Positions 12,282-24,100 of a DNA stretch of 64,000 nt are shown here, piece after piece (positions within the stretch are counted from its first letter, which is position 1; every line of letters starts with the position of its first letter). Source of the DNA: Marsupella aquatica (taxonomy: Eukaryota > Plantae > Marchantiophyta); the NCBI GenBank assembly GCA_973895155.1, contig OZ316894.1, positions 16,538,216-16,602,215 of the forward strand. The letters run 5' to 3'. The notes below the pieces were generated by a model that did not search any database, was not told where the DNA came from, and worked only from the letters and a program-made list of their open reading frames with translations. Made by a program: the position numbers and the translations under genes.

Positions 12282-15200
12282 TCAATTCTTCTTTTTCCGC
12301 AGATTGCGCCACTTGTCCTTAAGATCAACTGCGGTACGACTCTCATGAAACTTGCCGACCCCAGACTCAAGGATCCGCGTCCATTGAAAGCCCCATTCTC
12401 CATCATTAGAGAACATGTTCACACCCTCCTGCACCGCATTTTGAAAAACTCAGCTCAAAGAACAGAGGTGACTGAAGTCAACGTTAAATGAGAAGTATAG
12501 GCTGCATGATTCCTAAAATCAAGACAGCACCTTCAAGGCATCTTCCTCACTTCCAGTCCAAGGTAAGTTTTGCCGTCGAACACCAGGAATTGCACCGCGC
12601 CCCCTATGCCAATACCACAGAAACCCATCATCAATTACTCCAGTTGCACAATTCTGACAGAAAACAACTCCATTACAATTCATTTGAGTCATAGTTGGCA
12701 ATGCAAATAGCCTCCAATGCTACTAATTCTCGTCCTGAAGCAAAAAGTTCCGCAATATCTTCCCCTCACTAGCTGATCGTACTTGCAATCAATTAGCATT
12801 GAACATGGCAATGTCCATCTTTCAGGCTAGCGTAACCTTCCCAGCACTCCATAATCAATCATAGGGAGTGAACATATTTGAGTGCAGAGACTAGACCATG
12901 GAATTGTTTTTAAAAGGTCACGAACCTGTAGACTTTTTGAGGTCTTCGATTTTCTCGCACATTCCCTGACTCTGATATTTTCTCTGAGATTGCAACTGGT
13001 CGTTCTGCAACATTGATGTGGTCATCTGCAGCTCGGTTCCCTTCACAGCTTTGCTCCAAATCACCATCATGTCCATCACCTTCTCCTTCTGGATTCCTCG
13101 TGTTGAAGGGCAAATCACGTGAAGGGCTCAAATGTCCAGCCGCGTCCACTGGAGCCTCTGATCCATTGGTTGCCACATTCGTTGCCCCTACATCTTCATT
13201 AACAATATCATCGGGACCAGATTTAGTGTGGCTATTATTAGCATCAGTAATCATTCTAGGGCCTTCTGATTGCTCCTGCGCACAATATCCAAAACCGTGC
13301 ATCTCTCCCGGTGGCAGACCTCCTGAGACAGACAAGGAGGAAACTAAAGTAGATCCTCGCCCATCGACTACTTCTCGTGGAAGTTCTTGACTAGGTCCGT
13401 GGTTTCCAATGTCAGCATTCAATCCTTCTTTGAGAACTGCGGCTTGAGGAGCAGTCGGCATCTCAGTGTCCTGGGCTGATTGACAACTTTGCCTAATGGT
13501 ATCTTGTTCCATATCATTCTGTAAAGTAGATCCAGACAAAGGCACTATTGTCTCGCTGATGATACGACTCTTTGATGACATAGTCCTATATTCTACCTCA
13601 GGGTCGGGCCTAGAATCCTCTGTTGACTCGTGCACGGCGTGAACTACCTTTATGCTTTGATCAGTTGATCCGATGACTTTTCCATTCAGGGTCCCTTGGC
13701 TGAATTCAACAATATTTTGCCCTTCGTGGGGCACTCTGGAGCGCTCTTTTCTGGCTCTGAAGAACGCAGCCAACCTTACTTGTGCTGTCAAGGCCTCTTC
13801 CTCTTTTTTTCTTACAGCTTTTTTGGCCGCCATCTCAACCTCCTGGGCAACAACCTGGGCACTTTTCAGACCCTCCAGTGCCATTTTGGCAGCACAACCG
13901 AAGCAAAACCAACAGTTTTGTTTTTCTACCTGGCTAGAGCATAGTTTTGAGAGGCAACCCTCATGTATTGCCACGGAACACTGATGGCAAAATACTTGAC
14001 AGCCACCACTGCTCTCACAAAAACAGCATTTTGCATTTGACTCACCACCTCCACTGCCAGCAAGTGGTAGGTTTGATTCTCCCAAGGTCAAATCAGCCTC
14101 GTCATGGCTTATATGTCCATGATTGGACAAGCAATCCTTTCCTACTTCTCTGTCAATCATATTGCAAGTTTCAAGAACCCTTATCCCTGCAATTTCCATA
14201 TCGTCACTCCATAGTCTATCTTTGCTGGGCCCTTCCCCAAAAGTATTTTGCACGATCGGCCTGAACCGAAAGTCTTCTTCTTGCCCTGTTGCCCCACTCT
14301 GATTTCTGTGTTCTTTAGATAACTCCTCAACGTCATTAAACTTCCTTTTCTTTGTCACAGCTGTTACTTGATCAATAATTTGATTTGCAGGTCTCTTCGA
14401 AACTTTTTCAGGGCTAATCCAAGAAGTTTGTTGCATATCTCTCTCTGTGCCTCTATTGATTGACTCACTTCTTAAGTAATCTGCAGATGTATTGGTCTCC
14501 CTTTGATCCTCCACTGGTTCATCAATCTCCAGATGACGTTCACCTCTCTTGGCTGGGAAGATCACCATACAATTTTGCTGCATCGGGAAGAGACTTCCAG
14601 TAATTGGTGCAGCAAGACTAAAGACCCGCTGACTGCTATGATCCGGAGATGAAACAGGCATGCTTGCTGACGGTTGCACATGCTCTGTGAACTGTGTAAC
14701 GTCATTCACAATGTCCTTCGTATCATTGCTAAGTCCTTTGGCGAACTCGTCAACTTCCGCCATACCCAATGACATTTCCTCCCTCACATCCCGTATCTCA
14801 GAAATACGTGCATCAGCAGCAATATAATTGCCTGTATCAATATCGCCATCCTCTTGAATCGCAATGTGCTTGTCATTTTGACCAGGGCCAGGAGTTGATC
14901 CAGGCAAGGTAGTGCCATCCCTTGGCTCCGGAGAGTTCGAACCTGGTGAGAAACTGTATGCACTGTTCTCAACATCTTTCGCAACCTGTGAGACACGACG
15001 CCAAGCATCAGATCCTTTTAAAACATATTAGTCAGCCAGTCTCAATATTTGTCATACCGAGCTTTGAAAATTGATTCTTAGCAAAACCCAGTACTAACAT
15101 TCAATCAGGATGGGACGTCAAAATACTGCTGGTCTTCACAGGCGGCATTTAGACTTTGCGCCTAGTCAGAAACTACAGACTGAAGGCACCGACCAACCAA

Positions 15201-16644
15201 CCTGGTCAAGAAATTTGATCTTAAAGGATTTCCTTTTGTCATCAACGAAACTTGCAAGATCCCTACACAATTCTTGGAGTGGAAATTTCCCCAACAACTC
15301 CTTACAGAGGTGCTCCTCAGGCTGGGCTTTCGACCGATCCTACAGGCGCCGAAAGGACACAGCCAAAACACATTATTCCTCATTCAAGTTACGTATGACT
15401 TTTTCTATCTATCTCCCTATCCTGGACACAAGAAAACTAGGATGTCCTCTTGCCATACAATGCACAGAATAGCTTTGGAATGGAATCAGCAACCAAGCAA
15501 ACATGAACCGTTTCGAGGTAAAACTTCCGCAAAGGGAGAGGAAGTCCATCCACAACTGCGTATGTACATACCTGCAGGACGGCAGTCAGCTCCTTTCGAC
15601 GCTCGGCCCCGCGTGGGTCTAACATGCCTTCAGAGAAAACACTATCAAGAGCATCTTCAAAGGCTGCCCAGTCTTCTCTTCCTTCTTTCCCATTACATCT
15701 CAAATTTGTAAGCACAGCCTGACCAGACAAGACCAGAGGAGCAATTTGAATCAGCCGTCTGTCAACGTCGACACACAATTGACGATGCTTGCGCTAGCCT
15801 TGGCTAGAATCCTATACTACTGTAACGAGCTCTAAGGCACAGTACAGGAAACACAGTGTGCGTGAACTTCCAATGAGGAACTGATACACCAGTTTCTCAA
15901 ATGGTAAACTTACTCGAACCTGCATGTCCTGAATTGATGTGTATGTCATAAACAATACATTAGCTATGTGTGTGGATATGAAAAGTGTGTACAATATGCC
16001 TGAAAGTCGAGTAAAAGTCAAGGATTCACAAGCTTACTCACTACTGTACAGTACTGTATCTACCTCGGTCTCAACTCGAAGTGTCAACTCATTCTCGTGA
16101 GACTCTTTCAAGGAATGGATTCTGCTGCTCAGGTTGGAAACTCCTTGTTCCTTCAAAAGAAACCTCAGTAAGACAATATCGCAGACACCAAGTTTGGGGG
16201 AAGATGCGGTGACTTCTTCTTCTTCGTCCAGATAACGCAACGCTACCTTCTGAAGCAGCCGGCTGCACTGTGGCTGCTCTATGTGTGGCTGAACATACTG
16301 AATGATATCTGAGTTCGTCCCCGTTCCGTTACCGCAATACAACCAGCCAGCAGTTAATGTGTCAAACTCCAAATTGCTGTTTCCATCAGATTGGACAAAA
16401 CGACCGCAGCAGAGCAAAGAATGCGCTAACATCCAGGTAACACGCCACAGAAAGAGAAAGAAAAGAGACATCGGTACCGATTTATCAGTCCAGCGCTAGA
16501 ATAACGTAAGTCTAGGGAACTCGAAAAGAGGGCCAAAAGGGTGAAGAACGATGCGATCCATCCACCTTGGAAAAAAGGAAGCGAAAGCTTCTCAACGTCA
16601 AGCAGAGTCTCCAGAATCCACCCCCACGGCATACAATTCTCCAT
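12282..16644 (-). CDS. TRF-like protein with central PHD finger and C-terminal telobox Myb domain
   Basis: Start MENCMPWGWILE (ATG 16644), short exons near 16060-16275, 15572-15700 and 15200-15340, large exon 12926-15014 with a C4HC3 PHD (CCFC..CHQC..HEGC..WFCFGC), exon 12531-12603 (NLPWTGSEEDALK) and exon 12282-12428 (EGV..QWTRIL..RTAVDLKDKWRNL). The last three exons join in phase; 5' exon borders are only partly resolved. Confidence 0.85.
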
Positions 16645-17296
16645 CTCGTCGTCTGCTGGCGAAGAGCTGCTGCATTCAAGGAAATCTCTCGCAGGTCTCA
16701 ATTAAAGATGATCCGCCACCGGCATCATCATCTATCGTAGAGAGACATCATCCTCAAACTCTCGAAAGCGATGCCGCTACTGAATTGAACTAATTTCCCG
16801 CGAACAACAAGCTGAGCCTTAGTATACAACACTTCGCCTCACGAAAGCACTCTCGTGCCATTTGGTCGCTTCTTCATGACGCATTCATTCGTTCTCGAGC
16901 AATGTCGGTTCGCCGAAGGCAGTGCACAGAGGGGCAGGGCATGAGATGCTCGTCACTGGAATGCTCTCAACCCCTGCCGATTGAATTTTACGAACAGCAG
17001 CGCGACGAAGGTAATTCACCATTTGAGCAGAGGAGAAGAAAGCAATCAGAGAGAGAGCGAAAAAAAACTCCTTCAAGCGGATACGACATTCTCGAAGTCC
17101 GAAGCAGGACCGACGCGAGGGGACGACAGAAAGGGAAAGGAGATCCTCTGTTGCGCATTGGAATTGACGGCACGAGAGTAGCGCGGCCTCCCAACTGCAC
17201 AATCATGTTACTTTCCGATTTCCTTCACGAATCGAAACAGCGATGTCAATCGACGAGCTGCTGACCGATCGCAAGGTTGCAGAGCAGAGTGCACTA

Positions 17297-17920
17297 CAAT
17301 ACACTGGATTGGAGTGTTGGAGCTCTGCTGCCCATCTCAATCAGGATCACTTCTGAAGGATTACATGTATCAAAAATCATGTTGGGTCACTTTAGATTTT
17401 ATAAAATCTAAAATAAATTAGTGTACATTTCCATATCAGACACGAAGCAATAATGTTGCAATATTGGATTGGACTGTAGGAGCTCTGGTGCCAATCTCAA
17501 TCAGGATCACTTCTGAAGGATTACATGTATCAAAAATCATGTTGGGTCACTTGAGATTTTATAAAATCTAAAATAAATTAGTGTACATTTCTATATCAAA
17601 CACGGATCAATAATGTTGCAATATTGGATTGGAGTGTAGGAGCTCTGGTGCACATCTCAATCAGGATCACTTCTGAAAAAATCAGGTTGGGTCACTTTGA
17701 TCTTTATTCTATCTAAAATAAATTAGTGTACATTTCTATATCAAACACGGATCAATAATGTTGCAATATTGGAGTGGAGTGTAGGAGCTCTGGGACCCAT
17801 CTCAATCAGGATCACTTCTGAAGGTACCATACATCAAAAATCAGGTTGGGTCACTGTGATCTTTATTCAATCTAAAATACATCAGTGTACATTTCAATAT
17901 CAACCATGGATCAATATATT
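17297..17920. repeat. Tandem repeat, ~145-162 bp x4, upstream of the TRF-like gene
   Basis: Units start ~17297, 17459, 17619, 17765; each has ggagctct...atctcaatcaggatcacttctgaa...gttgggtcact...tctaaaata...cagtgtacattt or tagtgtacattt. Confidence 0.92.
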
Positions 17921-18461
17921 CAAAATGGAAATCAATATGCAAACACTTGTCAATTTCATATAGATTTGTTACACTAAGAATTAGTTCGTGGACCCCATCT
18001 GTTTTTATTCGATTGAGATTGAATTGGAGCGCACTGCACAGGGCCCTCCTATGGCCCTCCTATGGTGAATCCGAAGTCAACAGTGTTATTGCAGCAGCAA
18101 ACGCCAGTTCCACCTCCTTAAATGTAACATCTTCCATTTTCTTGTGAACTTACTGTATTTCGGTCTGCTATCTAGCTTGTCTCTTGCATTCATCCATTCT
18201 TTAGTCGTCTTGAGGCACAATTTCCTGTTTGTAATGGTCAAAATTTCTGAACCTAATGTGCAGGACTTCTGCTTCGTAGCAAAAGGCAGGGACGGCGTCA
18301 ACATTGTGTGCCGCTGTCGTGGGTCACCACATGTGTCTCGCATCTAAATTGTAATAGTAATTTCCCTTGTTCAGTGTACCACAGATTACTAGAAACAGAA
18401 CAGTCCCTTTTGTTCCTTCAAAGCTGTACAACTGATCTGGTTAAATATCGAATCTTCTCCA

Positions 18462-18644
18462 CTACAGCGGCTTTCGAGGCGTGGTATGCCTCACTATATC
18501 CTGCGCAATACTTTTGGCGTCGAACGAAGTGCCTAGAAGTCCTTTCCGTCCCAATCCAACCGCATACAGACCTCTTTCACCTTTCCACGATTGTTGCGAA
18601 GATGGCTTCGGAAAACCATCTTGGGCAAAGAAATTCTCTTCATC
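18462..18644 (-). pseudogene. Orphan terminal exon of a YUCCA-type flavin monooxygenase
   Basis: After an acceptor (taatacag) it reads DEENFFAQDGFPKP..SWKGERGLYAVGLGRKGLLGTSFDAKSIAQDI..stop, matching the YUCCA C-terminus. No upstream FAD/NADPH-binding exons are visible before the RabGAP 3' end. Confidence 0.8.
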
Positions 18645-19443
18645 CTGTATTAGAGGGCATTTCATATGAGTCAAGATGAGTACAATATCTTTCACAATCG
18701 CCTAGAAACAACTAAAGGTCACAGAATTATGATCAGTATAGTACTGCACTAGAGCGAATGAAATTTTTGAATCTCATTATGATTTCTTAAGAAACTGGTA
18801 ACTCAAATTCTAGTCGGCGGTTATTGACAATCAGACGGAATGCCAATCATAATTCCATACATTGACTTCCAATCATAATTATGTATGGAATGTTTGGAGT
18901 GCTAAAAGTGAGAAATGATAACCCTTAGACTATCGACACACTTTTGAGAGGAATGCGTAGAGTTGGCCCGAATCGAGAAGGCAAGAAGACAAGTAGATAG
19001 AATTATGATTGGCGTAAGCAGTGCAACTAACAGAAATGCAGTCAATATTTGCACTTTCTGCACTCGTTTGGAAGGTTAGTTTGAAAGGTTACCTTCTGCC
19101 GCTGCGGGATTCTTAACTGCAATGTTATGTTGTTTCATTTAATTAGTTACTTATTACTTATAGAATTGAATCACAACTCACAAAAAAGGGTGGGCCGTTG
19201 GTTACTCGCAGTAAATAAAATTGAGTTGCAGGCCTACTCAGGGTAAATAAACAGTTATTTTTTATTACCTTTTAATGAACATTTACGGCATGGCATCCTC
19301 AATTTTACCAAAATCCTGCCGCAAACACGAATGTGGGCATAATTTTATTGTTGAAACCAATCCGTTCCCATTTGCAGCGCGCCATGATGATGTGGCATGC
19401 TGTGGAGTCAGGAATTTTGGAAGGGACCTCTAGTGGGGTCCGT

Positions 19444-19613
19444 AAATATGAATATCACATGTATATACAACCCACGTGTGTGATGAAGGTGAGTTGGACA
19501 TAAACTTTCATTTTTGTTGACCTTTTACATTGTTAAGTCAACAAAAATGAAAGTTTATGTCCAACTCACCTTATCACACACGTGGGTTGTATATACATGT
19601 GATATTCACATTT
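19444..19613. repeat. Near-perfect inverted repeat: ~77-bp arms, 15-nt loop
   Basis: 19444-19521 is the reverse complement of 19537-19613 apart from about one mismatch and one 1-nt indel. Confidence 0.95.
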
Positions 19614-19784
19614 CTTAGTGTAACATTGTTAAGGGGACTGTGTTACTGCTTGAATTCAACTACCACAGCTGATTGGACCAGAGAAAACAAACCCATTGGA
19701 CTAGAGAAAACTACACTGTTCACCATTGTTATGTAAGAACTAGCGTTACTAAAACTAATTTTGTTGAGTGTCATCTTGAGTCTA

Positions 19785-19925
19785 AAGTAAACACTAATTA
19801 TTCAGGAATCTTAAAATACTTGCTTCTGTGACCAAAGTAACACTAATTATTCAGGAATTTTAAAATACTTACTAATTATTCAGGAAATTAAAATGCTTTC
19901 TTCTGTGACCAAACTAACACTAATT
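19785..19925. repeat. AT-rich local tandem duplications
   Basis: actaattattcaggaa x3 and cttctgtgaccaaa x2. Confidence 0.7.
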
Positions 19926-21136
19926 CATTTCAAAATTGATATGTTTATCATCACATTTAAAGAGTCACTAGTTTGATGTAGTTCTTTGAAAGAACAGATT
20001 TAGATCAGATAGATAGATTAGATCATTTTACTCGACTCAAAGCCCCCTATAGAGCAGAAGGTGAAATGTGAAAACTACATGTCAAATGGTATGTAACTTG
20101 GAGACACTGAAGTAAGCATCATCTGATAAGTAGGCATTCTCCTCCAAACCTCAAAGTGAGTACTTAAGAGATCATCTACTGTAGTATGTTTAAGAGAGCA
20201 GTGGCCTTGGTCGAGCATTTGGGTTAAAATTACTGCGCTAGACAGCACACCCCAAAACCCAGAGAGAACGTGTGTGCACAAAACCTTCGTGTTAGAAAAC
20301 TCTATGCCAATGTTAATGATACAGAAGCGAAGGACAATCTATACCCGTCAATGATGCAGCAATGCGACTGTGCACGCAATTTCCACACGGTGCTCTCACT
20401 TTCCACAATAAGTTAGCCACAAATTCACAGCCCATGAACTTCATGATTGATAACCATCCGACAGTACTAGGATCCCCCCGTTTGACGTGTCTTAAATCCT
20501 GGAACGAAGTTGCACATTTTCATTAATCAACTGAAAGATCCAACGTGCAGAACATTCACTTTATTACAAGCACCCCCGCTGTTCATGACAGGAGCAAAAA
20601 ATCGAATAATCTAAATATTAGTGGCCAGAGAGTATTAGGCCAATAATGTATCGCTCGCCTAAGGCAACTACAAAGCTGGTGACAGTTTGTGACTCGGTCA
20701 AATGAATATTTTTCCCTACAATTGACATTTCTTGTAATGGCCTGACCTAAACTTGAAGCCAAAATTGGCAGACCACGTTCTACGTGGTCCTAAATTAGAT
20801 TCTATGAGGATGAGCAGCTGACAACCCGGGAACAGTTCCAAGTGCAAAGCGGGATAGAAACCTGTAGTTATCGAGCTGGTATTGATCTTGCTGGCAGTTC
20901 AGGACAAGGGACCACTCTTGGCTTCTTCAGAAGTGATGGGCAAAGTTGCGGACTTTTCGTGCCAAACGAGTTTGCCTCCCAGTTAGATATTGAATAGTCA
21001 TGTCCGCAGAACCCCTGTCCCACCATCACCCCGACCTCGAGTCGTGCTTTGGGTCTTTAAGAGCTATGGTAGAAGCCTCAGGCATTGTCACAACAAGAAT
21101 TTTGAGGAGATGAAGGAGTGCACTTGGGAGAAACTT

Positions 21137-24100
21137 CTAGAGTACACTGGCACCATTTGGAGAGCCTTCCGAGAAAGTTCTCGTAGGAGTTTGGGTTGAC
21201 GCAACAGCACTACCTGATCTGGCCTGCACAAAAATTCCAGACAGGATCAACACGTCTCCAGATAGCCAGGGTTCCTCCATGAGAGAAGTTATAGCATTAA
21301 CTGTTCTGCAGCAGATCGTACCTAGTGATGATCTGGCATTTGTATGTAAAATTAACAATTAAAGAGGACCACCTCAAAGACTTGATTGAATAACAACAGA
21401 GGTTCCTCATACGACCTTTGATCTATCTCGCCAATTGAGACCAAATGAACGCTGGTTACTTGCATTCTCATCAGTATTGAACTCATTGTTTCCATTTTGA
21501 TCACTTTGGGCTGTCGGAGGCGTCCCTCTTTGTGAAGGAGAAGCGCCTGTTGCCTCCGGTGTTCTGAAACTTCAAGACATTTACAAAATACATTTAAGGT
21601 CAGTTATTGGCACTGCTTCCTAAAGATTCTAGGAAAGGATCTTGAGTCACATTTTGATTGCAATCTCAAAACTAGAGTACTTGAAGGCGCTTTCCCAACC
21701 TGCGTCAATTGAACAGTAGCATAGTCATCTGCCCTACCAAAGCTCATGATAGTTCTTCAAAGTCATGACCAGCCTCATCCAATAGCTGAGATCAATCGAT
21801 GACCAGAACAGTCTGTTTGGTCCCTCGCAGCTTAAATCTACTCTGAGCACCTAGCGTTGTCATTAAGTGAGTTCGTCTGCATCAAATTTGTGCGCCTACG
21901 ACACCAATGTCATTGTCTAAACGAAGTCCATTTCACTAACTTTCGGATGAGACTTGGACAGCACAGAAAAAAGGGGGGCAACAGATACTCTAGAGATCCG
22001 TCTGAGAAAGCCGTCATTACCAAACCACTCATCCACTCAATCTCTGATTAAAATGGCTAGTGCATGACGCGAATAACACTGCTAAAGGAATGGGAAAGGT
22101 CTGCTCCATGTCTACAATGGAGGACAAAGGAGAGTCTTACTTGACAATGACCTACGGAACTTCGATAGGAGCTGTCCATGCCTTATCAAGTGATTAAAAA
22201 CAGTCTTACCTTCCAAGAGGAGAGTCCGTCAGAGATCGGCGTAATGGGACTGAACTGCGCGGACTAACATTCCCAAGTGCTTGATATGATAGTGTGGCTT
22301 CCAACATTGACTCCGCCATGACAGCTCGCTTTTCCATTTCTGCAAGGGCATCAGCAGCACCCTCGTACTTCTCCTGAGAATCAATTCCACTTGATGAGAC
22401 CCAACGTATCATTTGTAAAAGTTGATGGCTTCTTTAGTTGCTCTAAACTATAACAATAATGTAGCTACTTTGTTACGAAATTATTGAAATTTCATTTCAT
22501 AATTGCACAAGGAAGTCATTTAAAAAAGGATCTCGTATGCAAGATGGAACAAACATTAGACACTCATGTAAGAAAATGCTGTTGAGATGTAAGATCTGAT
22601 TCAGCGCTTTGCCCTGTGTTTGTGTTTTTGAGCCCAAAACTTGACGTACTAAGTCGCACCACCAAGAGATTTTAACGAGGAATAAAAAAATGGCTTACTT
22701 TGAATAGGCTGCAGATCAAGGGCTTGTTAGTTTAAGCCATCTAAGGAGAGCAAGGCTGAAACTTCTCCAACAAAACAAATCTAGGATTGGGAATGACTGA
22801 GGGTAAAGCTACCATTCTCACAGATGTAAACCTACCTACTGTCCAATAGATTCTGTAACACAGACGAGGTAAGGTCAGCCACATCATCGCAGATCTAGGG
22901 CGGCCATCTCAGTAAAAGATCAGCAGACAAAGTCTCTCCTGAGGGGGCACCGGATGGAACAGAGCTGTTGGTAGTTTTTGTGCATTGGGGACAGGAGATC
23001 TTTCGCATGGTTTTGACCACTGAGAAGCTGGAGACACAAGTGAGGAACGACAGAAGAACTTAAAAGAGCACGTAGTGCACAGTTGTACATAGGTAAGTCA
23101 CCCTTGGTTGGGTCCATTTGGCTATCCAGGTCCAAGTTTCACAACCGAAAAGTGTCAGAGAGGAAACAGAGCTATCATTGCTGGTTCAGTATAGGGTCTG
23201 CTGAAGACAACTACTATGGGCAATGCATAGGCAGACGCTGGAATATGGACCCAATAGATTCACCTACTGTTACAGTGAGATAGAGAGGCGCCAAGACTGA
23301 AATAGTTTTTAGTTTTCAGTTTGAGTCTGTCTCCCTGCATTTGAACTCACCAGAAGTTTTCAGGTTACTAAACATCACATGACTAAGTACTTGGAGACGC
23401 GATCAATGTATGACTACGTAAAAATTAGAAAATTAAAAATTAAAAATAAAATAAAATGTATTGACTACGTATTTTGGTATTTTGTTCTAAGACATGGACA
23501 CCAGTTTCAGAAGAAAAGAACCTAGTGTGCAAACTCACACAGCAAAAGCATCCAAGAACTACGAGCAAAGATGCTTACATCCAACTTTCAATTTTCAAGT
23601 CTCTATCCAATGGCTCGTCAGTTTCTAGTTCCAAGAGTCAGGTGACTTAACCACGCCATCATAAAATATAAGCGCGTGTACATTACACTGACCTGGAAAA
23701 CCTCTACAGCTCGTCGTTGAGCAGCGGAATCCTGCTCCGCAAACCGCCGTGCATCATCAGCAATTTTCTGCTCTTGCTCCATCCTTACAAGGACCTGAAC
23801 ATATCACAGAACCATATGAGCGACTCGACACTGGTGCTACACAAGGGGATTTGGAAAGAGCTCTACAAAAGACTTTGTAATTATCACTTAGGAATGCACT
23901 GCAGTGTTGGCATGAGAACTGAAATGCGCCGTTCTTAGAGTCTGTAGGGTATTCTTAGTTTACGTCATACTGATCCTGAAATCTTTCTAGTACACCACAG
24001 TATTATGCTAAATATGTTCATGAGCAGCTTCCACTAAAAATCACAAGGATGGGACCAGAACTACCGTTCGAGAATCAATATTAAAGAGGCAACCGATGAG

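Noticed and set aside
18060-18343. Second captured coding fragment next to the YUCCA exon
   Set aside because: No family recognised; the most exon-like frame has several stops.
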